This document shows positions 50,465 through 62,050 of a stretch of 64,000 bases of DNA, piece by piece. This stretch comes from Mizuhopecten yessoensis (Eukaryota): positions 87,176 to 151,175 of the forward strand of contig NW_018405822.1 in the NCBI RefSeq assembly GCF_002113885.1. Direction: 5' to 3'. Made by a program: the position numbers and the translations under genes. The notes under the pieces were generated by a model. It was not told the origin of the DNA and made no database searches. It worked only from the letters and a program-made list of their open reading frames with translations. Position 1 is the first letter of the stretch. Every line of letters starts with the position of its first letter.

Positions 50465-51540
50465 GTCTTCTTCCTGTAATGGTACACGGGCTCCATCAAT
50501 GGTGATGTGTATGCCCTCGGGGGTCCTAACACAGAAGCGTGAAAAAAGGGGGTAATTTACAGTGATTAGTTGGCGTTTTTTTGTGATTTTTTTTTGCAAG
50601 GTATATAGATAAAAGATAAAAGTTGGCGTATGTTTTAGCGTGTGATGAGGGCTTCAAGGGCTGCGTAGGGTAAGTGTGCCTTGAAGCTCTAGTGTTGTGC
50701 ATTGTACTGCTGCTATGGGAAGGAGATTCCATTGTGTTATTGTATGTGGGAAGAATGAATATTTGTAGGTGTCCTTTGTTGCAGATATGTGTTTGTATGC
50801 GTGAGGGTGTGCATGTCTGGTTCGAGGGTCTACGGGTGTGAGTATGTATATTGGGTTTATAGCTACGATTTGGTGTCAATTTTGTAAAAAAGGATCATCC
50901 CTGTTTGACAGTGCCGTGTTTGTAGTGTTGGCCATTGTAGTTTTTTAATCAATCTGTTACGGAGCTAGTGTTGTGGTATCTGTTGTTTACGTAGCGTGCT
51001 ACTCTTCGTTGTGTTTTTTCTATTTGTTTAATTTGGTTTGTGTTGTGTGGATCCCAAATGGAAGAGCAGTATTCAAGTTTTGGTCTGACTAGTGCTTTGT
51101 ATGCGTATTCTTTTATATGTGGTGAGTTTATTTTTAAGTTGCGGTTTAGAAAACCTAGGGACCTATTGGCATTGGCTGTAATGTTGTTTATATGTTTGTC
51201 CCATCGTAGGTTATTTTGTTATGTTAAGCCTAAGTATTTGCTGGATTCTACTTGGTGTAAAGTGTGGTTGTGGAGTTTGTAGTCATGGTGTATTTTGTTG
51301 CGTTTCGGTGCAATGTCGAGTATGTTGCATTCGTCAGGGTTAAATTTCATTAACCAGTCCGCCTCCCATTGTCCCGCTGCGTCAAGGTCATGTTGTAGTT
51401 TTAGTGTGTCTTCTTTGTTGTTTATTGTCTTGTATATGATGCTGTCATCTGCAAATAGTCTAAGTGTACCGTATTTCATGTATTCGTGGAAGTCATTGAT
51501 GTAGATGAAGAAGAGGATAGGGCCCAAACAGGTTCCTTGG
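50465..51540 (-). mobile_element. 5'-truncated LINE (RT C-terminal half plus 3' UTR)
   Basis: GPILFFIYINDF, LRLFADDS, WLMKFNPDEC, KYLGLT, LVRPKLEYCSSIWDP on the minus strand; GAAGAAGA-type tail. Confidence 0.85.
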
Positions 51541-51667
51541 TGTCATACTCTAACTTGTAGAAGCCAGTGGGTGAGCCATCACTTATTTTGATAGCATGTC
51601 TTTCGCAAGAATAGATATTTACCATATATTTGCCTACTAAAATGTTATTTCGAGGGATTCTACTCCA

Positions 51668-52590
51668 TTTTTAGCTCACCTGGTCGGAAGGACCATGGTG
51701 CTGATGCCATACCGCAGCGTCCGTCGTCCATCAACTTTTCCTTTAAAAAAATACTAGTCATGAACGAATGAGCAGATTTTTGACCAAATTTGGTCAAAAG
51801 CATTCTTGGGGGAAGTGGAACAAGTTTTGTTTAAATGGTGGGTCTGGCCCTGGGGACTGAGGGGCAGGGCGCAATAGGGGAAATATTGCCAATTCTTTAA
51901 AATCCTTCTTCTTCTGGATGAATAAAAGGATTTGTTTCATATTTGGTCAGAAGCATCCTTGGGGGAAGGGGAACAAATTTTGTATAAACTGTGAGTCTGG
52001 CCCACCAGGGGCCATAGGGGTGGGGCCCAATAGGGGAAATATAAAAAATTCTTTAAAATCCTTCTTCTTCTGTAGGAATGAAAGGATTTGGTCCATATTT
52101 GGTGTGGAGCATCCTTGGGTAAAGGGGAACCAATTTTGTATAAACGGTGGGTGTAGCCCACCTTGGACCTGAGAGGCAGGGCCCAATAGGGGAAATATAG
52201 GTAAAACCTTTATAATCCTTCTACCATAGGGATTAAGGGATATTATCTTAATTTAGTCTGTAACATCCTCAGGCAAAGGAACTTAATTTCGTATAAACAG
52301 CGAGTGTGCCCCCCCCCCCCCTGGGGGCAGAAGGGAGGGGCCCAATAGGGGAAATAGAGGTAAAACCTTTAAAATCCTATTAAGGGATTTTTCCAAATTT
52401 AGTCATGAGCATCATTGGGCCAAGGGGACTCAATTTTGTATGGGCAGTGGGTGTGGTCTCCCAGGGGGCAGAAGGGCGGGCCCAATAGGAGAAATAGAGG
52501 TAAAACCTTTAAAATCCTTCTTTGACCATCAGGATTAAGGGATTTTATCCTTATTTAGTCTGGAGCATCCTTGGGTCAAGGGGAATTTCT
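51668..52590 (+). mobile_element. HINE/DINE-like element with internal ~150-bp tandem repeats, 3'-truncated
   Basis: Starts TTTTAGCTCACCTG; CGTCCGTCGTC microsatellite; repeated GGGCCCAATAGGGGAAAT units. Confidence 0.7.
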
Positions 52591-53434
52591 ATTTTTTCTT
52601 GATCACAAGTACACAGCCACTATCCAAGAAGAATATTGTTTTTACATATTGATTATATCTCGGTTTTGTTCTCATGCAATGTAAATAATTTGTTTTCCTG
52701 TTTCTTGATAAAGGTATGGGTTGCTTCATAGCTTTATAGTGCCTACACTGTTGGAATGACTTCCTTGCCACTTAAAAGTCTGTGTACATGTTGGTTAAGT
52801 CTGTGATTTTCAAACTTCTTAATAAACAACAAAGTCGAACACTCGATCACACCTTTGTAAATTTGATTCTTCAATGTAATCGGTATCATACAATTATTAT
52901 CTTTGTTTCATAATATAAATAATATAAATTGTTCCTTTAAAATAATGCTTTGAAATACCGAAAATACACGGGAACCCTTCTTGAAATGAATGACATTTAT
53001 TGTTTGTTTTTAATTAGATATACAAGATCTCTAATTTACACGGTTCCGAATCCTTTCAGGTTATCCTATGCGTTCGGTAACGCAGGTGTCTTGGGGATCG
53101 CCCCATACTACAAAGGTTTGTTTAACATGGAATTGCAGAAACGAAAGTAGTGACATCTATGACCTTATATGGTACATCATTCATAACTTTTGATTCATAT
53201 GCAAATATTTGCAGTGACACCTACCGGTAGATTATAGTGTTTGATAACTTTTTCAATCTTGAATTAGTGACGCCATTTTGTGGTTAGCCAATGAATGTTC
53301 GGCTTAACTAGTCAGATGTACTTGAAAAACAAGGCATGTACATGTAGTTGGGATCTTAATATTTCTCACTATTTCTAACCACCTTTTATTTCCTAGTGTC
53401 TTGCTTGGCAATACCTCACGTTTGTTCTTTAATG

Positions 53435-53800
53435 TTGAGCGTTCGCCCAGGTGAGGAAGGCAATGGGATCTTGCCCCAGGCCGGGACATACCTAAGTCCT
53501 TAAAAATGGTAGTTGTTATTCCCTGCCAAACATTCAGCATTAAGGGTAATAGCAACAACTAGTTTACCCGTTGTCAGTATAATGTGACCGGGTGGAATGC
53601 TGTGTTTGGTTCCTTCAGCATGGAATTTCAGTGAGATAGCACTATCAAGTCGGCATCAGATCCGCACAATCACAAGGAGGCAAGTACACCAACATACCAT
53701 ATCTCCAGCACACATACATACATGCACGCATCGACAACATAAATGGAGGCATGTCCTTAAATGACCTAAGCTGTTAAATACAACCAAACCAATCCAAATG
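53435..53800 (+). mobile_element. tRNA-derived SINE (degenerate)
   Basis: Decayed tRNA-like head (GAGCGTTCGCC...GGGATCTTGCCCC); central GTTGTCAGTATAATGTGACCGGGTGG block resembling mollusc SINE cores; ACCAAACCAATCCAA tail; family assignment uncertain. Confidence 0.6.
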
Positions 53801-54935
53801 GACAAGCTTCTTAATATACCGTCCTCCTAATGGACAGGCTTCCCAATATACCGTCCTCCTAATGGACAGGCTTCGCAATATACCGTCCTCCTAATGGACC
53901 GGCTTCCCAATATACTGTCCTCCTAATGGACAGGCTTCCCAATATACCTTCATCCTAATTGACTGGCTTCGCAATAGACCTTCCTTCTAATAGACAGGCT
54001 CCCCAATATACCGTCCTCCTAATGGACAGGCTTCGCAATATACCGTCCTCCTAATGGACAGCCTTCCCAATATACTGTCATCCTATTGGACAGTCTTCCC
54101 AATAGACCTTCCTCCTAATGGACAGGCTTCCCAATATACCGTCCTCCTAATGGACAGGCTCCCCAATATACTGTCATCCTAATGGACAGGCTTCCCAATA
54201 TACCATCCTCCTAATGGACAGGCTTCCCAATATACCATCCTCCTAATGGACAGGCTTCCCAATANNNNNNNNNNNNNNNNNNNNNNNNNNTCCTCCTAAT
54301 TGACAGGTTTCTCAATATACCGTCCTCCTAATGGACAGGCTTCCCAATATACTGTCATCCTAATGGACAGACTTCCCAATATACCATCCTCCTCATGGAC
54401 TGGCTTCCCAATATACCNNNNNNNNNNNNNNNNNNNNNNNNNGACAGGCTTTGCAATATACCGTCCTCCTAATGGACAGGCCTCCCAATATACTTTCATC
54501 CTAATGGACAGACTTCCCAATAGACCTTCCTACTAATTGACTGGCTTAACCATAGACCATCCTTCTAATGAACAGGCTTCCCAATAGACCTTCCTCCTAA
54601 TGGACAGGCTTCGCAATATACTGTCATCCTAATAGACAGGCTTCTCAATATACTGTCATCCTAATGGACAGGCTTCCCAATAGACCTTCCTCCTAATGGA
54701 CAGGCTTCGCAATATACCGTCCTCCTAATGGACAGCCTTCCCAATATACCGTCCTCCTAATAGACAGCCTCCCCAATATACTGTCATCCTAATGGACAGG
54801 CTTCGCAATATACTGTCATCCTAATGGACAGGCTTCCCAATATACCGTCCTCCTAATGGACAGGCTTCATCATAGACCATCCTTCTAATTGACAGGTTTT
54901 TCAATAGACCATCCTCCTAATGGACTGGTTTTCCA
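53800..54935. repeat. 32-bp minisatellite (AATGGACAGGCTTCCCAATATACCGTCCTCCT) with two small gaps
   Basis: More than 30 tandem copies. Confidence 0.95.
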
Positions 54936-55020
54936 GTAAACAATGTTGAGGAGAAACATTCAGAGATCATTGTGCTTTCAAACATCAGGAAGTTTTCATT
55001 ATAATTATTTTTCCGGACTA

Positions 55021-56156
55021 TGAAAAGATTCATGTAGCACAACCAGTAAGTGTTTTCACCTCGGGGGACCATACATTTACTATTTCTCTCATACCCATTC
55101 TATAACTTTATAACATATGTGCCGTTTCGATGTTTAGCACAGTATATACTCTGTAACCTTGATCAGAAAAATGACCAGTGAAGCGTATGTTCACAATGGT
55201 GTAAATTATGTTCGAGCACAGACGGATTGGATCACCCGTATCAACATAGCTGTCACTAACAACATCAAATGTACATGTGAGGAAGAAACCAACGGCACAA
55301 TGCCCTTCTAGACACTCAACTGGTAACAAAGAAGACAGAACCGTGAAGGTATTGGTCTATGGAAAAAGACCCATACGTACCAATACATGAACTTCAAAAT
55401 GAAAACCTGTGCATATCCGGAATGAGCCCTAAAACAATGCAAAAACAGTGTCAAAGTAAGGAGAAGGGACAAGAAGATGCAAATCAAGGATAAGAACAAA
55501 GCCAAAGGTCTTGTGGCCATCCCGTTTGTAAAAGGTATATCCAAAACCACCCAGAGGATATATAGCGGTCATGGCATAGCAACAGCCATGGAGTCCCACA
55601 AGACGCTACGTAATACAGAAGATATCATAGTACACCCCAAAGATAAAACACCAAAAGATAACGGTGCGTATAAAAAATCGGATGCAAAACCTGCGACGCA
55701 TCGTACATTGGAGAGACTAGAAGGCGATTTGGGGATCAGAAAGGAAGCAGTCGGAGTCCGAGATCAATAAATCGGCAATCACAGACCATGTCACACAGAA
55801 CACAATCATGTGATCGACTGGGATAACTCCAAAGTATACGACAGACAGAGCAATCTGTCCAAGCGGCAGATAAAGGGGGCCATCTGGATACGCCGCAGTG
55901 GGCCAGTTATATATCGAGATGTGGGCCTTATAGACTCGTACACCTCCATGACCGAGTAAAGAAAGCGTAGCTGAATCGAGTCATTTCGGTACCCGAACGA
56001 CACCGATTTGTGGACAACTCGTACACATTTTACACCTTTGCGTACATACGCCTCACTGGTCATTTGTCTGATGAAGGTGACATAGTATACATACCGTACT
56101 AGTCATCGAAACGTCACATATAAACACTTTTTGGCTGTGCTACATGAATCTTTTCA
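55021..56156 (+). mobile_element. Penelope-like retroelement remnant: RT C-terminus, GIY-YIG endonuclease and pseudo-LTR, with an inverted pseudo-LTR at the 5' end
   Basis: NIKCTCEEETNGTMPF(L)D; KVLVY..KTHTYQYMNF; IPFVKGIS; HPKDK; IGCKTCDASYIGETRR; SAITDH...HVIDWDNSK...KRQIKGAIWI; 55021-55055 is the reverse complement of 56122-56156. Confidence 0.85.
56061..56121 (+). ncRNA. Minimal type I hammerhead ribozyme of the Penelope-like element
   Basis: Core CTGATGA (56068-56074); stem II GGTGAC/GTCATC extended by TAGTA/TACTA; GAAAC; GTC cleavage triplet (after 56115); stem I TGT/ACA; palindromic ACGT in place of stem III. Confidence 0.75.
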
Positions 56157-57009
56157 CAAGCCATACTTCCCAACCTAAAAAAAAATCAAAATTATTTTTC
56201 CGGACTGTTAACGTTCCATAAATTGTTGACATCATTTCCCCCACAGAAACCATAAATATCACAGACGTAAAGCTGCGATATAAAATATATAGATTTCACT
56301 CGTTCTATAACCTTTAACCAACATTTGTTTTACGTTTTACTGGATCAGGTTAATTTAGAAACTGTTGCTCAGCATGTCCGTGTCTTTGAAGATTGTTTGT
56401 GCACCGCATGTACGTCAATTACTCCATAAGCTCTGCAGTGATGGGTTCGATTCCAGCTGTGTTAATTAGTTGTCAGCTTGACCAAAGTCTGTACACGTCC
56501 ATAGCTGATCAATATCGAGGCCGACACCGGGCATTGTTCAATGTGATAATTGGACAATCCTTATTGTCAACTACCGAAAATGATATACTGTCATCCACGT
56601 ATCACAGTGGTCCTATATTTCTCGAAACGGTTGAGTTATAAATGTAGGTCATAGTTAGTGGTCGTGTTATGTTAATTAATATACATTCTGCTTGTATCGG
56701 CGTTTTGAGTATGAATATGAGGTACACGAGACAAGAAATCCTGCCGCAATAGTAAACACAAAAAAAAACAATCATCACATCATCCCAACATAGGCGATAT
56801 ACAGTGACACACCGTACGTTTTTTTACGTTACGTTATTTTCGCATACGATTTTAAGGTAACTGGCCCTTTCTCGATATTTTTTACATATTTTATTTTTGT
56901 CCCATTTTCATGATATACGACACAACTACAGAAGTATCAAGCACTTCTGTTGGTAATATTTATATACTTAGTAATCATCTATTTCCTTTCCTTTTCTAAA
57001 TCCTGCTTG

Positions 57010-57690
57010 CTTGCGTGACCCTATTTTTGTACTAAGAAATATCATTGAACAGTGCACAGAATGGCAGAGACAACTTATAATAAACTTCGTAGATTTCGAA
57101 AAAGCGTTTGACAGCTAACCGAGATAGCTTATGGAAGGTCTTACGAAACTATGGAATACCAACAAAAATAGTACAACTTATACAAATGTTTTATACAGAC
57201 TTCAAATGCACTGTAGGTACTTCACCAGACACAAGTTTTCATGTAAAATGGAAAATCCGGAGTTAGAAAAGGCTATGTCATGTCATCCCTTCTCTTTATA
57301 ATAGCCGTCGATTGGGTAATGAAATCACCCTTAAGCCGTAACAACACAGGCATCAGATGGAATCTATTTACATACCTAGAGGACCTCGACTATCAGGTGG
57401 AATCTATTTACATACCTAGAGGACCTCGACTATCAGGTGGAATCTATTTACATACCTAGAGGACCTCGACTATCAGGTGGAATCTATTTACATACCTAGA
57501 GGACCTCGACTATCAGGTGGAATCTATTTACATACCTAGAGGACCTCGACTATCAGGTGGAATCTATTTACATACCTAGAGGACCTCGACTATCAGGTGG
57601 AATCTATTTACATACCTAGAGGACCTCCACTATGCAGACGATCTGGCCTTACTGTCACATCTTGAGACACATATGCAAGACAAAACCATT
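57010..57690 (+). mobile_element. RTE-clade LINE RT fragment
   Basis: LRNIIEQCTEWQRQLIINFVDFEKAFDS; LWKVLRNYGIP; LLFIIAVDWVMK; GIRWNLFTYLEDL(H)YADDLALLSH. Confidence 0.85.
57352..57631. repeat. 40-bp tandem repeat x7 derived from the RTE RT coding sequence
   Basis: ATCAGGTGGAATCTATTTACATACCTAGAGGACCTCGACT repeated with period 40. Confidence 0.95.
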
Positions 57691-58804
57691 AAAAATATTT
57701 ATGGCAAAGTTTATCGGAATGACGGCAAAAGTAACTGTCATTTTGAGATCAAAAACTGATTGTCTCACCAAAATGGAAAAATGGTATCAATATAATTAAT
57801 AGGAGCAGTGACAAAATTCCAAGCTGTTTTCAATTTTTTTTGCTAAAAAGGTAAAATAACTTTGAACCCAATGGTAAAATAAAGCAACACAAAATAATTG
57901 TGTCTCTTCTCTGCATTTGTTAACCATTTTCTAATGAGCGTAAACAGAAATGTTCTTAAACACATAACTGCCATTTAGAATGTATCTACCAGTCAAAACT
58001 CTCCGAAATCTGGTGATATTGACTCGTTATTCATTCAATTTCGCGTCCGTATTTTCCAAATAATTAATTCGCTATCGCGTTCTTACCCATATTAAACTCT
58101 CTATTACAGATACATTTCTTTTCACAAATATTTTCTTTATGCTCAGGAAAATTGTTGTCGACGAATGTCATTTTCCAGTTACATTGCTTTATGTACGCTG
58201 TCCCTGACCTCGATATGGTTTCGGATACAAGGACACAGTAGTATATCAGTGTCGAGATAGCTTAAAGATACGTAAACATAACAGTTTGTCATAAAATCTT
58301 CTCTTTTTTTTCTCTCCAAATGATGACAAGGTATTAGTACTAAACAGCGTTGTAGGGCTTTATAGTTATGAACAGAACCCGAGGTTTTTGTTTTTGACCA
58401 TTATGTGAGTTAGAATTTTACTGGACAAGTGTGTAAGAGTCACCTGGGAATTGAAATGTGTCAGGCTGGCCAGTGGTACGTTTTGATGGGTTTACTTATT
58501 AATACATTAGCGCCCTAATACAGACGGGTAACCGCGGCGGCCAGTCGCTGCCCTGAGAGCATGCCTTTAGACTCATTACAGATCGTCTGTTTACCGGTAA
58601 TGTCATTGTCTTACTCCGAAACATTAACAGCTGTGGTCAGATTTGTCCGTAAGTGGACGGAGACTGACCAGTCTAAAAATATTACTTATCAACAGTCGGT
58701 CAGCTCACCAGACAGGCATTACTTATAATTTTTCCACAATTAGTTCTTGTTTTTTTATTCGTCTATTATTTTGTATTCGACTTGGTTGTTAGTTTTTTCT
58801 CTTT

Positions 58805-59715
58805 GTTATTTGTGGTTTGTCTATGGTGTTTATAGTTCGTCAGTGTTGTTTGTAGTTCGTCAGTGTTGTTTGTGATTTGTCTATGTTGTTTGTAGTTTGT
58901 CAGTGTTGTTTGTAGTTCGTCAGTGTTGTTTGTAGTTCGTCTATGTTGTTTGTAGTTCGTCAGTGTTGTTTGTAGTTTGTCAGTGTTGTTTGTAGTTCGT
59001 CAGTGTTGTTTGTAGTTCGTCTATGTTGTTTGTAGTTCGTCAGTGTTGTTTGTAGTTTGTCAGTGTTGTTTGTAGTTCGTCAGTGTTGTTTGTAGTTCGT
59101 CTATGGTGTTTGTAGTTCGTCAGTGTTGTTTGTAAATCGTCAGTGTTGTTTGTAGTTCTTCAATGGTGTTTGTAGTTCGTCAATGGTGTTTGTAGTTCGT
59201 CAGTGTTGTTTGTAATTCGCCAATGGTGTTTGTAATTCATCAGTGTTGTTTGTTGTTCGTCAGTGGTGTTTGTAAATCGTCTATGGTGTTTGTAGTTCGT
59301 CTATGGTGTTTGTAGTTCGTCAGTGTTGTTTGTAAATCTTCTATGGTGTTTGTAGTTCGTCAGTGTTGTTTGTAGTTCGTCAATGGTGTTTGTAGGTCGT
59401 CAGTGTTGTTTGTAATTCGCCAATGGTGTTTGTAGTTCGTCAGTGATGTTTGTAGTTCGTCAGTGTTGTTGGTAGTTCGTCAGTGTTGTTTGTAGTTCGT
59501 CAGTGTTGTTTGTAATTCATCAATGGTGTTTGTAATTCGTCAGTGTTGTTTGTTGTTCGTCAGTGGTGTTTGTAAATCGTCTATGGTGTTTGTAGTTCGT
59601 CTATGGTGTTTGTAGTTCGTCAGTGTTGTTTGTAGTTTGTCAGTGTTGTTTGTAGTTCGTCAATGGTGTTTGTAGTTCGTCAGTGTTGTTTGTAATTCGC
59701 CAATGGTGTTTGAAA
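58805..59715. repeat. 20-bp minisatellite (GTTTGTAGTTCGTCAGTGTT)
   Basis: ~45 tandem copies. Confidence 0.95.
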
Positions 59716-60218
59716 TCCATTCAAACTTTTATGCAAAATGTTGAAAAAAACAACTACATTTCAACTGATCTATTTTCAATGGAAATGCATCTACCGAGAA
59801 ATTAGCGAAAATAAAAGACAAAGAGAAAAAAGAACCAGGAAATGTGCAGTTTGAAAGTGTCTAGCATTTGTCAGCTAAGGGTCGTATTATGATACTGTCC
59901 CTGTCATTTTTTCCGTCTTTCTGTCCCTCTGATGGTCTGTTATTAAAATAGTTTGCGCAAAATTTATCAAAATCATTTTTTATCCGATTCTCTTACTACA
60001 ATTACAAAACGATGTGTTTATGTATCAGGTATTCATTACAGACAGAAAAACACAACACAACTTATCACATAAAAAGACTATTTATTTTCAAGGGAGAAGA
60101 GCTTTGTTATTAATTTTCTATTATTTTTAATGAATTATTAAACACAATTATAACACCTCCGACAATAAACTGTTTGTCTTAACATTTTTATATTTTATAT
60201 TCTATCTTCTTGGACATT

Positions 60219-60380
60219 TCATATTATATTGCTTAGAACATTTTTGCGCCACGACATATTGACGAACTTCAGTTTGTGAACGCTCCTTTCCTTGATGTAG
60301 TCTGCACCTCCCCATAGGGTCACCTTTGTATAGCGGCTCTCTCTAGGTGTCACATATACTGACCCCGGCACAGTGATAAC
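60219..60380 (-). CDS. Possible terminal exon of an unidentified minus-strand gene
   Basis: Acceptor tttatcttgtag; 53 open codons VITVPGSVYVTPRESRYTKVTLWGGADYIKERSVHKLKFVNMSWRKNVLSNII-TGA; AATAAA at 60086-60081; no upstream exon found. Confidence 0.3.
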   Translation of the reverse strand, partial: VITVPGSVYVTPRESRYTKVTLWGGADYIKERSVHKLKFVNMSWRKNVLSNII

Positions 60381-60566
60381 CTACAAGATAAACAAATAGA
60401 TACAAATTAATTTAAATGCAGACCAACCATATCACTTTGTAACATCGATGACCCATACATAGATAGTATATCTCAATAGGTCATTATTATACAGACATGT
60501 TTTCTAAGCAACGTCATTAATTAAGGCGTTCTGTGTATTATTTCAGCGCGTGGTCACTTCTAGAAC

Positions 60567-60600
60567 GTCACCTAGCAACAGCAATGTGGAAGTGACGTGG
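60567..60600. promoter_or_regulatory. RFX X-box plus ETS/CRE-like motif cluster
   Basis: GTCACCTAGCAAC (60567-60579) fits GTNRCC-N(0-3)-RGYAAC; GGAAGTGACGT at 60588-60598. Confidence 0.35.
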
Positions 60601-61634
60601 ACTTTATAACATGTTATTACTAAATGGCGAGAGTGACAACGTTCCGATGATATTTTCGCGCGTACGAAAGATTTAAAACACACACAAAAAACTCAATACT
60701 TTCGGAAATCTGGACCCTGAGGGTTTTCAAGTGACATCATGATATTGAAATTAACCAATGAATTGACAGCATTTTTGCATGAGGTGCGACAAAAAAACAA
60801 TAGGTCTATTTATATATTTTATAACTATATACTATCAAAGGGAAATGTTCTACAGGAAATGTCTTTATCATGACTTTTATTCTCTGGTACGAACTCTTTA
60901 ATGTGCCATGTTTGTACATTAGCTGTCTACTGCTATCTATTGTTACATACTCTACATTATTGAATGGGCAGTCAAAAGAAGAATGTCCCTATACGTTAGC
61001 AGACTGGTTAACAGCAGACGGGTATGAATACATGTTGACGTTATCAGTCTGTCAAAGAAACTTGTCGAATAATAACTGATTGTTTATTTCCTCTATGGAA
61101 TACAATGTCGTGTCTCGTGTAATTGTGTTATGTCTATGTGTTTTATGCAGACTGACAATCATTAACCCCTGATTCAGTAAGTAACATTTAGGGGGACATT
61201 GTGGTGGACAGGACGAGCTCATTCAGAGAGGAATTGTGAACTATACCCCCTCCACCACATTATAGACCAGCTAACTTTCTCAAGGTTCTGATTAAGGTTT
61301 AAAGTTGTGATACCACACTTTTTAACATAATTCATGTATGCTGTATCAAATATCCGGTTCTCAAACAAAATTTTGCTTTTCGACCATATCAGTATATAGG
61401 ATCACGATGTGTTCCAGGTAACTTTAATGGGCTTCGTGTCACCATGCTCCCATCTTTCATTCAAGGCGCAGGAAGCTCAAGTACGACGAAGTGGGTATTA
61501 CTTGAAATCGGTAAACTCACAGAGAAGACTATTCAATTTACTGCAGAGTATATGAAGCACACAACATAGAACTGTTGATGCTGTAAAGTCATATACTGCT
61601 CAATGATTGTGAAGCTAGAAACAATGTCCCAAAC

Positions 61635-62050
61635 GAACGATTCTCTCCCCTTCCCTTTAAAGAAGGAACGGAGGATTCTCTCCCCTTCCCTTTAAAGAGT
61701 GTACAGTATCAAGGAACGAACGATTCTCTCCTCTTCCCTTTAAAGAGTGTACAGTATCAAGGAACTGAGGATTATTTCCCCTTCCCTCTAAAGAGTGTAC
61801 AGTATCAAGGAACGAACGATTCACTCCCCTTCCCTTTAAAGAGTGTACAGTATCAAGGAACGGAGGATTCTCTCCCCTTCCCTTTAAAGAGTGTACAGTA
61901 TCAAGGAACGGATGATTCTCTCCCCTTCCCTTTAAAGAGTGTACATTATCAAGGAACGAACGATTCTCTCCTCTTTCCTGTAAAGAGTGTACAGTATCAA
62001 GGAACGGACGATTCTCTCCCCTTCCCTTTAAAGAGTGCACAGTAACAAGA
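61635..62050. repeat. 48-bp minisatellite (GATTCTCTCCCCTTCCCTTTAAAGAGTGTACAGTATCAAGGAACGAAC)
   Basis: ~8 tandem copies. Confidence 0.95.

Noticed and set aside
55116-55175. Minus-strand hammerhead copy as a functional ribozyme
   Set aside because: Core mutated (CTGATCA) and the cleavage triplet is GGC; reported only as part of the inverted pseudo-LTR
57352-57631. CRISPR-like regular repeats (also the 49- and 51-bp arrays)
   Set aside because: Head-to-tail units without unique spacers, no cas genes, eukaryotic context
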